Shown here one piece after another: positions 11,362-25,444 of a DNA stretch of 64,000 nt (within the stretch, counting starts at the first letter, position 1; every line of letters starts with the position of its first letter). The notes beneath the pieces are model-generated. The model was not told the origin of the DNA and ran no database searches. It saw nothing but the letters and a program-made list of their open reading frames with translations. A program made the translations under genes and the position numbers. The DNA comes from Yuukianura sp. NJ FZ-2021 (lineage: Eukaryota): assembly GCA_046563655.1 (NCBI GenBank), contig CM102283.1:2170001-2234000 (forward strand), in the 5' to 3' direction.

Positions 11362-14300
11362 TTATTCCGAATCCTCAGATAATTCTTCAGTTTCAGTCGA
11401 AGCTGAACCGGACGCTTCCAAATCTTCCTTCATTTGGTTCGGTTTGTTTGGTCTTGGCAGTAATTCATCCTCCGAATCTTCAGAAGCAGAACTGACTTGT
11501 TTTGAATTTGGAGAATTGATGACCTTGACCTTAGCAGAAATTGGGGGTTGTGGGGTTTCAGTCGGAGGAGAATCGCTGGCAGTATTAGCTGCAGTAGAAG
11601 TATCTTCTATTCCTTCTGCTAAGCTTGAAATAACTTGGCACACAGCCAAACTCACAAGGACGAGGACGATGATCAACGAAATTAAGTAGATGCGATGAGT
11701 TCCGTAAACTGCAACAACGATTCCCATCACGTAGCACAAGTAACGCTGAATTCCCCACATCGCCCTGAAGTTAATCAAAATTAAGTAAGTATTAATTCCT
11801 GAAATTAAGTTAAGTAAAAGTTAACTTTCAATTAAGTTTTACACTTTGAAGAAAATATATTTCAAAACTTACGGATTGAAGCTGGGAACGTAATCTTGCC
11901 ACAGAAACGCGAGCGTAGGAGTCAGCATTAGACAGAGGTATAGAGACAAATCCCAGTTTGGAATTTCAACGAACCTGAACAAGAATTTTTCTTTAAAGTT
12001 TCAATTTTTCGAAAAATTAAAAAAAATCGATGTTGAAATTTTGAAAGTTACTTGAAACTGTTGATCCAGTAGAGAAGAGAAGGGATATTGATGGCAGTTA
12101 CGACCATCCAGAGGAGGGCACAATGCATTTGGAAGTTAATCGGAGATAATCCTTCACTAACTTCTTTGATTCTACAACGAATCAAGTCTTCCAAAATCCC
12201 TTCGTAACCTTTGAAAATCTGAAATTAAAGAAAGTTTTAAGTATTACTACTTTTAAACTTCATATTTAAAATCATTCAGAATTTGAGCCTTTGCGTTACT
12301 TTGAGGATGTGCAAAACGAAACCGAGTGCAATACCCAGAGCACCGGAAGTACTCATTGCAACAGCAATCACAGAAATGGCGATGGTGACTGGGAACTTGT
12401 CCATTGTGAATGTCAGAGCTAAATCAGTCACTTTGTCTGGAACACTTCCAAGTTTCTTGCCGATAAATCTAAAATACCGCAGTTAATTAATCAACTACCT
12501 TAACATTCTTAACTGTGAATACATGTTTAGACTAACCTGGTAATGAATCCATGCAACCCATTTCCAAATGTCAAGGTCAAGAGCCATAGCCCCAGAGACA
12601 CAACCAAAACTAAACCGTAGGCGACAAAGTAGCATATCATCGGAAGCAACGCTATGAAAATCAAATAGATTGAGATGATGACGTTCACAATCCAGTTTTG
12701 AAAAGTTCAGAATAGTACAATTACCCGAATACTCAGCTTCAGTCAACATGTAACGGTAATCAGTCCTAAAACAATCAAACGAATCAATCGAATTAGTTCT
12801 AGAGCAAATTAATGTAAAATTTTTGATATCGTGCTGCATATGATTAGCTCTCACGAAATATTTGAACTTACGGAAGGAACACAACACAAAGAGCAACAAT
12901 GAATCCAGGTATGATTGCCAACTGATAGGCGTTTGCAATCAAAAGGCGATGGAAATTGATCCATCCGGTTGGTTTTTGGAAAAACAGGGTCATCAAAATG
13001 ATACTGGCAAAATATGCTGGCAACAGCTTCACTCCAACTCGAAAGAACTGACCAGCAGTTCCAACCCAATCCACGTTCACTCTACAAACCACCAAAATTT
13101 TGAAAAATATTTTGAATTACATCAACGTTTTTCTAAAAAATTGTTTCACTTTCTCACCTTATGGAGTAGCTACAACTTTTGGACAAGTACAGCAGAGCGT
13201 ATCCAGTCTCGACCGATGTGTCTGCAAACCGGATAGTCAGGCTTTCATTTCTAAAATTCAAAATTTCATAATTTCATTATTACAGTCGAGCGAATTGATT
13301 AAATTGTAACAAAAAGAAAAGTTCCAACTTGAAGAAATTGTGGGTTTGGAAGTCTCCATGTTTGAACATTCCCACGGAACTGTGATGTCCAGCACAACTG
13401 ATGGTTTTCCCTGCAGCATCTTTCTTCAGTTGAACATCCATTTTCCATGCAAATAGTTTCGATTGGTTGAAAGTTACTGGGTAGGTGAGGTTGTAGAACA
13501 TTGCGTTCTGCGTATCATGGATAGCCGTTCCCAAAATTGGTGTTCGGTTGCTCACTTTGTAAACTTCGACGTCCAAGCAAGTCTAGAAGAGGCAACATAA
13601 TCAATGAATTGATTTTATATAATCTTTATAAAAACTGACAAATATTTTAAAGTTAGTTGAAAACAAACATTACCTTGAATTTTGCCGTACCCATTTTGAC
13701 AATCAGGTGAGAATATTTAGAAACAAGATCCGCATTAAGATGAATGACTTTTCGATTGCGATGAAACGAAGGCAAAACTACTGTTTCGTTAGACAAATTT
13801 TCCATTTCCGAACTGCAAAAAAAAATCAAATTCAGCAAGGAAGTGCTACACTCAACAGTAATGTTTTCGAAATTTCGAAATTGCAGTACCAGTATTTGAT
13901 ACGCTGTTCGACTCCAAGGTTGGTGCATCCAAAGATCCAGTTTTTTGAGTCTGTATTTGTAGTGGCCACTAAAACTTCGTAATCTCTAGACGGTCCATGC
14001 ATTTTCTCCGTAAATGTCACTTGCGGAATCATGACATACGTTGGACTGTGGAAGGATTGTTCACAGTAACTGTGTCGAAGAATTTCAGTCCAGTTGCCTC
14101 GGGGTGGTTTGTCTCCTTGTGTTTCCTTGACATGAGCAGAGTGAAACGATTTTCCAGAAGTTCGCTGTGAGTGGAAAATTCCAAAACTGCATTAATCAAT
14201 TTAAGAACTTCTCAGCTTTTGAATATTTTCGAACCTTTATGAAATGGTATTTGAGCACTGTTTCCCGAACAGTTGAGTTGTCTGTGATTCCGTAGTATTT

Positions 14301-15600
14301 CTGCTGTTGTTTGTACTCCACCAGGTCAAAAAGAGATCGAACAATGGTCATAACCAATTGTTTGCACCAAACAATACACAAGTGATCTGTTGATGCCCAC
14401 ACAGTCGGCATTGCTGGAGCCTGAAGCATAAAAAAGTAGTGAGTAATTGAAGAGCTTAGATGTCATTCACTTTCAATTAACGATAAACAACAATTCCTTA
14501 CTGATGTGTGAATGGAATTGTGTCTCCATGAAGTGTATTTCTCTGAAACTAAAAGATCACGTTCACCTCCAGCGACACTGACGAGTGTCACTGGAGTCGA
14601 ATCTTCTCGTTTCGAAACAGTTGTCCAGTTGCGTGACACATAATAGTAGAACAACTCCAGCTCTGGATCTGTTATGATTGGTGGGTGAAGGTGTGGAGTG
14701 GCCAGGGTGTAAATCAGTTGAACTTTCGATGAGTCCTCATTGATCGATTTGGCCAAAATTCCACCCTAAGAATGATTTAGAAAAAAAAAAACATTAGATT
14801 ATTAAATTGAAAAAGAAAGTAAAAGAATAGATTACCATAGAGTGTCCAATGATGACAATGTGATGATAATCTTCATAAAGGCTTGTGATTTTTTCAACAA
14901 CTCGTTTCAAATACTCGCTTTGTCTTTGCAAGACGTAGCCGTAGAGTCCAGACAGCTCTTCATGGAAATCGACAGAGAAGAAGTCAAAGTGGAAAGGTGT
15001 ACGATTGTCCAGCCACTTCCTAAGAGCTACCGAAGCTACCGATCTAACTTGCTTATAAGAACCAGCATTTCCAGGCAAGAACAGCACAGGGATTCCAGTA
15101 AACTTCAAATTCCGAGCTGGCTCAATGTGTTTTCCTTCAGCATAAGCGTAGAGACCGTACATCGGAAACTTGTGGCTGATGGCAGGTTCAAGTGGAATTT
15201 GCTAAACATTCAATCAATGACAACCGTGATTAACTTAAAATTTGAGTAAACTCAAGTTGAAAACAATTCGGTTCCTCACCACATATTGCGGATACTCGAA
15301 CATAAACGTCATCTGACACTTGTTTTCTTCAACGTTTCGCAGCACATCGTAACCGCCTAGGAGGAACACCAATACACACGGAACAGAAAACATAAAGACC
15401 ATGAAGTTAAGTATTTTCTTCTTGACAGTAGATTGCCACTCGTCAGAAGCTCTCGTCACATTTGACCTCATCTGCTCCATTACTTTGCTGGCCTTCATTT
15501 GACGGATTCTAACTACAAAATCAAAGAAACAAAATCATCAACGATTAATCAAATTTGAAAAGCTTGCTTTCGACTACAACTTACCTGTATCCGCTTCCAT
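11362..15600 (-). CDS. PGAP1: GPI inositol-deacylase (PGAP1/BST1), multi-exon
   Basis: EENKCQMTFMFEYPQY; YGLYAYAEG...GIPVLFLPGNAGSYKQVRS; lipase GHSM|GG motif across an intron; TLATPH; VWASTDHLCIVWCKQLV; multi-TM C-terminus. Probable first exon 15600-15585. Confidence 0.93.
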
Positions 15601-16057
15601 TTTTTCTCGACCCGGTACCGGTTCGGCAATGGCCTAACTTGAATTAGCAAGCAAGTGGAGACCAATTGTACGCTGTTTAAATGTTATTAACAATTAGTTT
15701 CAACAAATTGAAATAGCGCTAATGATGCCTTCTTGTCTTACCTGAACCCTGAACAGAGATCCACAATTCACAATCTCAATTCGCAGATTCGCTTGAACGA
15801 TTCAATTAATCGTCCAATCCAATCCAATCTCGTAAATTTTCTTTTCTTTGTCCTTTGTTATTGAAATTACAAAATTTGGCTGACATAAGGTTTAACCATA
15901 GTAGTTGTATCCATACGGTGTAGCTTGCTTCAACGCGTGCTGCTACTTACGTTGCCATTTTATGTTTGGGTAGGCAACAGTTTCTACATGTTGCCACTCA
16001 GGTGTAGCCGCTTATAGTAGCCACAAAAAATGGCAGGAGTGGATTTACAACACTAAT

Positions 16058-16283
16058 GGCCAGTTCGACCATTGCAGGTTAAAGTTAAACGGAGTTTAGT
16101 GCAAACTAGTTCCAACTTTAAACTCAATTAACTTAATTATGCGTCAATTAATCTTGGCATACAAGGTATCAAAATTCTTGTATTCCTCCGCCGGTTAAAG
16201 TCCGGTTAAATTTAACCGGCCGATTTTCTCCGGTTAAATATTTAAACTCCGTTAAAATTTAACCTGCAATGGACGAACCGGGC
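16058..16283. mobile_element. Short inverted-repeat element (MITE-like)
   Basis: CCAGTTCGACCATTGCAGGTTAAAGTTAAACGGAGTTTA is mirrored by TAAACTCCGTTAAAATTTAACCTGCAATGGACGAACCGG; TSD not resolved. Confidence 0.6.
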
Positions 16284-18242
16284 AGAAGTGTCGAGATCAT
16301 CGAACGGCGTTAATCCTTACTGCAACCCAAATTTAAAAAAAAAAGTGTAAATTGACAAGTGCTAAATAATTTTTTGAATCTTTTCCCGCTTTACTCAAAC
16401 CCAACTTTAACTTCCTGGGAGAACTTCAATTTTGCATCATCGATGGGCGGTTTAAATCTTATTACGCTTTAATTGCAAATTGAAACACATAAAACTTAAG
16501 ATGTCAAAAGTCAAATAACAAACTCACTCAGAAATATTTTATTGTAGTTCATATGTTTTGACATCAAAGTGCTTTTTTTAAATGTAGTTTTCTTTCAACA
16601 TCTAAAATTTATGTGATGATGCCCACTCATGATGGGGTATAACGTCCAAGCTGTAGTAAGTTTCAGATTTTTCAACACGCCTGGAAAAAGTTGCCAAAAG
16701 GACGCTTGGTGGTATGCTTATCGCTACGAAATTAATTTACTTTTGAAATTTCTTGAAATGAACTATTTTTGTCAATGATTTTGAGTTTTCGGGTTTGACT
16801 TATGAAATTAGAAATTCAATTTATGTATGTCCAGTGTGTCACACTCACACTTCAACGCCACACACAAAAGCTTCTCCCTGAATTCAAAGCCTAAAACCAA
16901 AACAGGAAAATCCTAATGATTAGTTTTTCAGTAAAAATTAGAAATTAGTGAGCCATTCACATTGCCCATTGATCATTCACGGTCAACTTGGATTAACCGT
17001 GAAAAAAAAACAAAGAGAACTTCCAAATAATGCTTTTAAAAGTCAAGTTGACCCAAAACTAAAAACCTTGAATCCTCAAATAGTCGGCCTCAAGACCAAC
17101 GTTTGTTCGATGTCGTGCATCCTAAAATTCAAAATTTAATTAAAATTTTCCTAAGCAGATCACACACTACTCTGTTTCTCATGAGGTTGATGATTATGCT
17201 CAAGAATTTCCTTGTGTGAAGTAGTACAATAAAAACTGTAACACCGGAAGGAAGTGATTCAATTCCTTCTGCATTTGCCACCAAGGATCAGTTTCATCAC
17301 TGCCATGAACTTCATTCAATCCATTACATTTGAAACATCCGAATAAGCTTAACAAAAAAAACACAAAAAGAATAGTTAAAAGAAGAAGAAGAGAAGAATT
17401 TTCTGCATCTTGACACTTCCTGTTTCGCTGTCTTTTAGGTTTGAGTCAAATCTTACCGAAACTAATCGGAAAACCCATTGACTAAACTTTCAAAACAATG
17501 GAAGAACGGAACATTTTTATCAAATTCCACTTTTATTTTGTTTTACTTATTAAGTGCTTAAAACTTTCACTTTTTGAGAGGATATTTGAATTTGGATGGA
17601 GAACAAAACTACTATTAAAAATGAAGTTTTGGACTCTTTTTTTTTTGTAGGGTTTTGTGCTTTTTTGCACGTATGGTGATCCGTTCCACCGTAGAAAACG
17701 AAATTATAAAAAACTGTTTTTTTAATGAATTTTGAATTAAACTTATTTCATGGTTGGCATTACAAAGAAAAATTTCACGCCCGAAAACGGATCTCCTTCG
17801 GATACCGTTTCTAAAAGCTCAAAAAACAACGAAAAATTTTTTTTTGACAAAATCCCTTCCTGCAGAAGAACACAGCAACTTTTAAAAGTGCCGAATTTTC
17901 TGTTTTTTCTTCAATTCCGTTTCTTCAATTCTTCGTCAATTTAGTCAACTTCAAAACGACCTAACCTAAAATCGGTCAAAACAAAAACCCAAATTAACGA
18001 AGCAACAACGAAAAGATAAAATGTCAAAATAAACCTAACCTAAAGCTTTTCGAAAATTAGACCTTGACAATAAAGATTTTAATTTTTTTTTATACAGACA
18101 TTGGCTACCATAACATACTTCTGCGATATGCAGAAGCAATTTTTTTTATTTTCTCCAAGGTCAAAAGTCAAATTGGGGTTCATTGACCTGATATTAGTGT
18201 TGAACTATTTGAGTTGACCAAATTACACGAATATCTAACTTA

Positions 18243-19079
18243 GGGTGGTATTTTTAATGGCAAAGTAACCGTAACCTTACCTTGACTCACAGGTCAAAGT
18301 AAGCTTTTCATATTTTTAAACAATTTTTCGTCTTACTTTGACCAATGGTTCAACCCTGGGTCAGCTTAACTTTTACCCTCAAGTAAAAGTTAGGATTTCA
18401 TATTTTTAATCGAAAATGTGACACCTGGTAAGGTGACTAAACTGTAACCCGAGGTTAAAAATCCAACCCTGGTCAGGGGGTAGGGTTAGCGATTACTTTT
18501 TTGAAAATTTTAGCTATTATATTTATAAAACTTAACTAATAGCTAATGAAAGTTCACTTTATCGCTTGAGGCGGCTTTCCAGACGACTCCAGCGTCGTCA
18601 ACTAATCAGAAAAGTATCTTTGAGCAAATTGAAATCTAACCAAAATAACAATATAATGAAATGGTAATTACCAACCCATCAGTAACTATGTTAATTGGCT
18701 TCATTAATTACGGTAAAACTAACAAAAAGCTAAGACCTTGAACTGATGTGAACATGTGATTTGTTTTGTTGTCAGTAAAGAACAAGTGACTCGCGGTTAG
18801 CTTACCTTCCGGTCAGAGTAAAGTAAAAGTTAACCGAGGGTTATAATTCTACTTGTCATATTTCGTGTCCACTTCTGCTATGTGAAAAGGTTGAGAAAAA
18901 TGTGACAAGTGAAATCGTAACTCTCGGTCAACTTTACCTTGACCGTCAGGTTAGCCAGCCTCGGTTCACTTTTTCATTAAAAATATGAAACTTACTGTGA
19001 CCTGGCGGTTAAGGTAAAGCCCTGGTTAGGTGAACCGTGGTCAAACCTTACTTTGACTTTGGCATTAAGCATACGACCC
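18243..19079. mobile_element. PIF/Harbinger-like non-autonomous element
   Basis: TTA|GGGTGGTATTTTTAATGGCAAAGT ... ACTTTGGCATTAAGCATACGACCC|TTA; internal degenerate inverted TAACC/GGTTA repeats. Confidence 0.6.
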
Positions 19080-19831
19080 TTAGCCTAATGCATCTGCAGA
19101 TGAACTGCCTTAACCTTTGTTGAAGGCCCAAGAGAAGTGCAACGGTTCACCTTCACCTATCGACAAGAGTCCTTCGCCTGTTCTTCCAAACCATTTGGAA
19201 TGTAGGGTCCCTTAAGGGCCCTTCATTTTGAATGGCTTGGAGGACTTTTTCAAACTGTGTTCAAACAGAATTTTGGATGGGTTGGAGAACTGCCGTGAAC
19301 CAGAACAGTATACCCCTCCCTCCCCCACCCACAAACCGATGTATTCACAGTTGGAGCGTCTTGAAAGAACAAAGCAAGAACTTTCTAACTTTTTCCACTG
19401 AAGTTACTGAGGCAGTCGGCAGTTGCATTTGAGACTATCCAAATGCAGTCCACTGCCACAGGGTTCTGCTCAACGCAAGTCACAGCAGACATTCAGTTGT
19501 CACACATTTGATACAAACTTTTGTAAAACAACAAACTTTTACAGCCAAATTCGTCCATCAACTCAATTCAGGCCACTTACGTGTTAGAATTTTCAAAACA
19601 AGTTGGAAACTGGGTGACTAGTTTGAAATTTTGAAGAGAATTTTCAAATTTTGTGAAGTTAAGCTTTTCTGGTTGGTCGCAGGGAATTTAGTGTAGTGAA
19701 AAAAAAAGTTTAGTTGAAACATTGTAGGAAGTGGAAAACTGTAAATTTTTAGCAACAAAATTTGCGTGAAGAATTTTTTGTTTTTTGAATTTTTGGAAAA
19801 ATTTGTGAGAATTTTGAATTTGGTTTTTAAA

Positions 19832-22800
19832 ATGTGGACGACAACAATATTCACTTGGACAGTTTTGGTTGTGCTGCCATGTCTGATGTTTTGTTCAGAA
19901 GGAGCTTACAAGGATGAACGTAAGTTACAAAATGAAAACGAAAATTTTCTGTTTTAAAAGAAATTTCAGTTTTGAGGTTCAAAAAGTCAACAAAATTCCC
20001 AAACTGTTTTTGAAAAGAAGCAGAAACTAGGTCAACTCTAAGTGCCGGATTTTGGTTCAAGGTCACTCTCACTGTTTCTTTAGGTTTCATGCGTGTCTGA
20101 ATCTGAACTTGGAGTTGCATATACGCATCAAAAAATAGTAGTTGCATATGTGCAAATTGAAATCGCAAGTTAAATTTTACTTTTTGTTGTCAATTGAATC
20201 AACCGCTGAAGTGTCCTAATTGCTTTTCGTTTTTGCAAATTGCAAATCCGCCTTCTCAGACTAAATTGAGGTCAGTTTGATCTCAAAACTTTCTCAGGTG
20301 TGTAAGTGTTGTTCAGCCAATGAACATGCAGTACTGGTAGTGTGTGTGAAGCATCATTCGCACAACCAGTACCTTTAGTATATGTTAGCATAGTTTCCTG
20401 TTGTGTACTGCACAATGCACATGCGTACACAATCATTCATGTGTCACAAGGCACCATTTTCCGTGTAATTATCACATTGACCTTAACAATTTCTCATCTT
20501 CACGGACGGTGAACTTGGCAGTTCTGTAGGTCATTCCAAAAATCACTTTCGCATTTGGGGCAAAACACTAATAACAATAAAGTATTTCCTCAAAAACTTC
20601 AGAATTTTCAAGGTTACTTGACAATCGGATTGTGTTTCCTACAACACGTTGTCCAATAACTCAGGCTTTTCAAAAATATTGCTTCAAACAGCTTTTAGCC
20701 CCAATCATCCCATTTAGAGTAAAGACAAAAAATTACAATAAAAAGGCAGATTTATTACTTTCAAACAAATTGTAAAACTTCGAGTTATTGGACAACCTGG
20801 TGTAGAAAGAGTTTTCTGTTTGTTTACGAACATTGAGAATTTTCAAGAAGTACAGAATTTTCAAAAATGGACACAATTTTCAAAGAAAAAAGTATTTGTG
20901 TCAAACATTTATGAAAATATGTGGTATGAAAATGCTTTCCGTCCTGAAAAATTCAGACATACGCGTATGGGTTAAAATGTTGGTGATTAACAAGACATTA
21001 TGCACTCATATTAGAAATACGAGTGTTTAATTACAGTTAAATGTTAAAACTAGTTAAAGTAATTTGTGTTTAATTGAATTCTAACGATTCCCGGAAGCCA
21101 AAGTCAATTCGGGGAAGCCGGGGGCGGAAAGTGTTAAAGTGCTTTTAGATTTTGTAAACAAAAACTTCCGGAATTGTAAAAATTTTCTGCAAAGAATTTC
21201 CTGTAAACAAAATCTAAAGTGAATTTTTTACAACTCTTTTGCTAATGTAATTTTAAGTAACTAATTAAATCTTCCGGATACGTGCGTTTTTTAAATTTGA
21301 AAATGGCGGCAGCAGTTAAATTGTCGTTATTAAAGTGGATAACGGATGTAGAATCGGAGGTAAAGCCAGGAAAAGGCTTTTGCCTGGAGGGCGTCGTTTT
21401 CAAAAAAAAAATCAACACGAGAAATTTCAGAATGTTGAATTTTAAATTTAGGACAAGCAAGACAAGGAAACCAAAACAAACAAGAAGGAGTTAACGGTAC
21501 TGTTGGGGAAGAATTTGTTTTTAGACGGAATTCCTGTTTCGAAAAACTTTTCAAAACTTTAAAAAGAAGTTTTAGACAAAAAAATTCACTCTTTTCATTT
21601 TTAGCTAAAAAACGAGAAAATATTCTAACAACTATGAAACTATGATTAAGAATTTCGAATTTTCAAAAAATTGTAGATTTTGGACGATTTTTGGCTAACG
21701 AAGTAAAGTTTTTGTGATTTAAAAAAAAATATTTCCAAATTTTGAAACCTAGTGGTTTTCTGAACCAAAGAAAAATACGATGGCAAAAAAAAATAAGTCA
21801 ACGGGAGAATTCACACAAATCAAACGTTCATTCGATTTGGGTTTCACTTTTTGTTCCAACAGGATTTCTACTGTGTGAATTTGTATGATTTTTTTTTTTT
21901 TGCTTTTTGCGGTTTACTGAACTGACTCATAAAGCTTTTTTCAATGACAAAATTCGCTTTTTCGCTTGACACAATTACTTTTTGATTTCACTTTTTTTAT
22001 GTTCTGAAACAAAGCACAAGGTCCAATTTTGTGAGTTTAAATCGGACCGCCAAAAATTATTGACACAATAACACCATTGTCAATTGTTGTTAAATCAAAT
22101 AATTGTCTTGTTTTCGTTGTAAAATTAAGTAAACTGCAAGTCATTTGTCTAGCAAATGTGAACCAGAACAAAGCCATAATAAAATTTGACACTTCACTTC
22201 TGTGTATTTTAGACATTAAATTTTGAAAAAAAAAAAAAAAACTCGCACAATTCAATTTTTTTTTACTAAAAAAACACGACCACCGTTATTTTTGGCCGTA
22301 TCGCAATGCTCACCCACTCAAATTCTTTTTCTTTAAATTTTGTAGAAAAAAAGTTGTTTAAAAACAGCTTGTTTAATTTAATACTTTTTAAATCCGCTTT
22401 GGTTTTACTAAAAAGTAAACAGAGTCATTCAAACTCTGTGCTAAATTTACAGAAAATGATGATACATGCCTTCCTAAACAAATTTAGCACACATTCATCT
22501 GTTTGCAAAAAAAAATGCGAGGAGATCGCAAGGAACATAGATTCACACACATGGATTCCAAATTCTAAATTCTCGAGTTACGAAAAATTCTTTAAAAAAA
22601 GAACTTTTTTGACCCCATGATATGACTCACGTCTCCCGACGCCAAATCAAAAATTTTGATACTAAATGAATCACAAATTTTTGAATTTTAAAATTGAATT
22701 TGAGCAAGCACATGAAAGAAAAACAAAAAATTTCCTGGCATGTGACCTTTGACCTTTTAATTTTTCCGCGTTTCCACATAGAATAAACTTAACCACGTGA

Positions 22801-24415
22801 TTTTTTTTAAATTTGTGACTTTTGACCTTGACTTTTCAGAATACCTGGACACAATTGGTTGTTCCTCGCACAAGATTTTTCTTCAGTCCAATAAAACTTT
22901 GATTATCAAGCTAAGTCGATGGGAAGACTACCACCGTGGCCTTTCATTTCTGAACTTCCACTGTAAGTTCCAGGTCGTTGCCCCCCGGGGGTACGGAATC
23001 ATGGCCATTGTCCAGCTACTGCATCTCAGAACTAAGAACGTCCAAGGATCTGGGTGCAGAGACTATATCCAGGTATGCGCAGAAGCACCACCCGATGTTG
23101 GTCACAACTTGACCTTTGACCTTTTATTTTTAGATGGAAAACATGGACGGCCTTGAAGCTGGACCGATTTGTGGCGAAGTTTTGGAGGGAGATTCGACTG
23201 AACAACCGAAACTTTTAGTCGGCCCGAGATCGTTTTACGATCCGAAAGGAATTCTCGACGTTTCTTTCAAATTTGACGATTCCCGCCTCAACGATGATCA
23301 AAAACCGTTCAAGTTGGAGATTTCATTCACAGCTTACACAGGTAAGCGCTCATTTACCTTAGAAACAAGGTTCCTTGACAACCACATTGCATTTCCTACA
23401 ACAGGTTGTCCAATAACTCAGGGTTTCCAAAAATTTTACTTCAAACACATTTCTGCAACAATTCCTATTACGTTACATGCAAATCATTACCACAGAAACG
23501 CACGGCGAAGCAAATTTTGCAAATGATTTTTTAAACAAAAGTAATTTCCAAACAAAATTAAAAAACGTCGAGTTATTGGGCAACCTGGTGTAGAAAAAAA
23601 CTTTTGTTTGTTTACGAACCTTGCTTAGAATAAAGGTCATTGACCTCTACGACTTTACTGCTAATTTTTTTTTGCAGAATGTACAAGTACTGCACTGCTC
23701 ATGCGCCAAGTACGACAATGTTCCGTGTCCAGACCGTACAGTTGTATTGCCCAGAATCTGTTTTGCGACGGTGTCATCAACTGTGGAAACCGTGGTGATT
23801 TCGGATCCGACGAAACCGGGCCACACTGTGCCCCACCTACGATAAGTTCTGACGTCACGATCAAATCTGCCGGCTCAAAGACGTTGGTCCACGACGGACC
23901 GATCCATCGATTTGACATTGGAAGTTTAGCTGAAGACGAGGACAAGGTTCCGGCCAAAGTGGTGACAGGACGGAAACATGAGCAAGGTGATGACGATGAC
24001 TCGACTAGTTCGAGTGACATGCACCTTGGTGTCCCAGTTCAATACTTCGCCTTGGTTTCAGCTATTTGCGGTGCCTTGGTCGTTTGGCTGGTTGTCATCA
24101 TCTGCTGCTGCTTCGTACGCAGCATGACACGTCGGAATGTACCGTCAAGGCATTCTCCGTCCCAGCGTACCGTAGAGATCAACTTGAGCCACTCAAAGTA
24201 AGTTCTGAAATTCAAAAAAAATTAAAATTTTTAGGTAGTTTTTGAAAATTTTGAATTTCCCGCCTTTTTGGTTTTTCAGTGCCCCCATAAGCCAAATCCC
24301 AGTAAGGAACGACGTAACGCTGAGTAACAATGGAATCATAGCAAAAACAAGTGAAGACTTACCGCCTTCCTACGAAGCCATTTTTCCAGATCAGCCTGTT
24401 CCTCACAAACGCTAA
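19832..24415 (+). CDS. CUB-like + LDLa single-pass membrane protein (paralog 2); exons 19832-19919, 22840-23072, 23134-23341, 23678-24197, 24280-24415
   Basis: Signal peptide MWTTTIFTWTVLVVLPCLMFCSEG; LNFHCKFQVVAPRGYGI...CRDYIQ...PICG; LDLa CIAQNLFCDGVINCG...GSDE; TM ending in ICCCF; tail DLPPSYEAIF. Splice phases are consistent. Confidence 0.8.
20609..20835. mobile_element. hAT/P-like MITE family X, copy 2
   Basis: Same termini and subterminal IR as 9556-9743; perfect 8-bp TSD AGAATTTT. Confidence 0.8.
23366..23623. mobile_element. hAT/P-like MITE family X, copy 3
   Basis: CAAGGTTC...GAACCTTG; TSD CTTAGAAA/CTTAGAAT. Confidence 0.8.
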
Positions 24416-25444
24416 GTTTCAAAATTTTGAAAGTTTTGAAAAAGTAATTTATGACATTGCCAATTAGTAACTTCATGATACTAATTTGTTTTCCAAAATG
24501 TTACGTGTAAGTTTTTTTTTTACACTTTTTGACATTTTACCTTGTTTTTGTCATTACAAAACTTTTGTACTTCAAAGTGTGGTGTAGTTCAAGAGCGGTA
24601 CTAAAGTCTGTAAGTAAAATTTTGTTGTTTTTCTAAAAACTGTTTCCGAAAGAAAAGTTTTAATTTTTTTTTAATTTTTAACCAGCATCACTGTTTAGAT
24701 CCTCATCCGCTTGTAACACATTTGCTCGTACCTAAAAAATCAATCACGTGCGTTTTGTTTACATACAACAAACTTAACAACTTAAAGGTTGACACATACA
24801 CATAGTATACACACTAATGCTTATACACATGTACACATACACATGTATGCAATTATACACGCACATTTATGCACAATGTACAAGATGTATACACATGCTC
24901 ATGTATGCGAACATATGCACAGCACATTTGTAAGATACGCTCAAAACTACATTTTTCTCCTGCTTCACTGCATTTCTAAAGCTAAATAGCCTCCTCAATT
25001 AAGCATTAATTAGGAATTACTAATTAGTGTATGATTATTATTATATTAGTGTATGTAGGTGTGAAGTATCGTTATACAATGAGAAGTTTACACAAGGTGT
25101 AAGGGAACACATTAGTTATTTTTTTGAGAAGAGTGATTTCGTTAATACTTTTGTCATTTTTTGGTTTTTAGCATTCTGCAAGTGAGTTTCTGAGATTCTC
25201 TAGTACATTTATGTGTAACAGTGTAAGTGTAACATTCTAACACTTAAAAGTTAGGGTTAACTAATACTTGGTACAGGTCGACCGTACTTCTGAGACTCCA
25301 TGACCTTGACCTTTACCGTGACCTTGACCTTTTCCAAGTCTTTGAGATAGTAATCATCATACTGATACAGGCCTTTGATTTTGAATGATGAACATGAGTA
25401 GTAGTAGTAGTTGGTTATTGAATTATTGCAGAGATTCGTACAGC

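Noticed and set aside
24789-24989. His/Thr-rich ORF
   Set aside because: Degenerate CA/TA microsatellite-like tract downstream of a gene.
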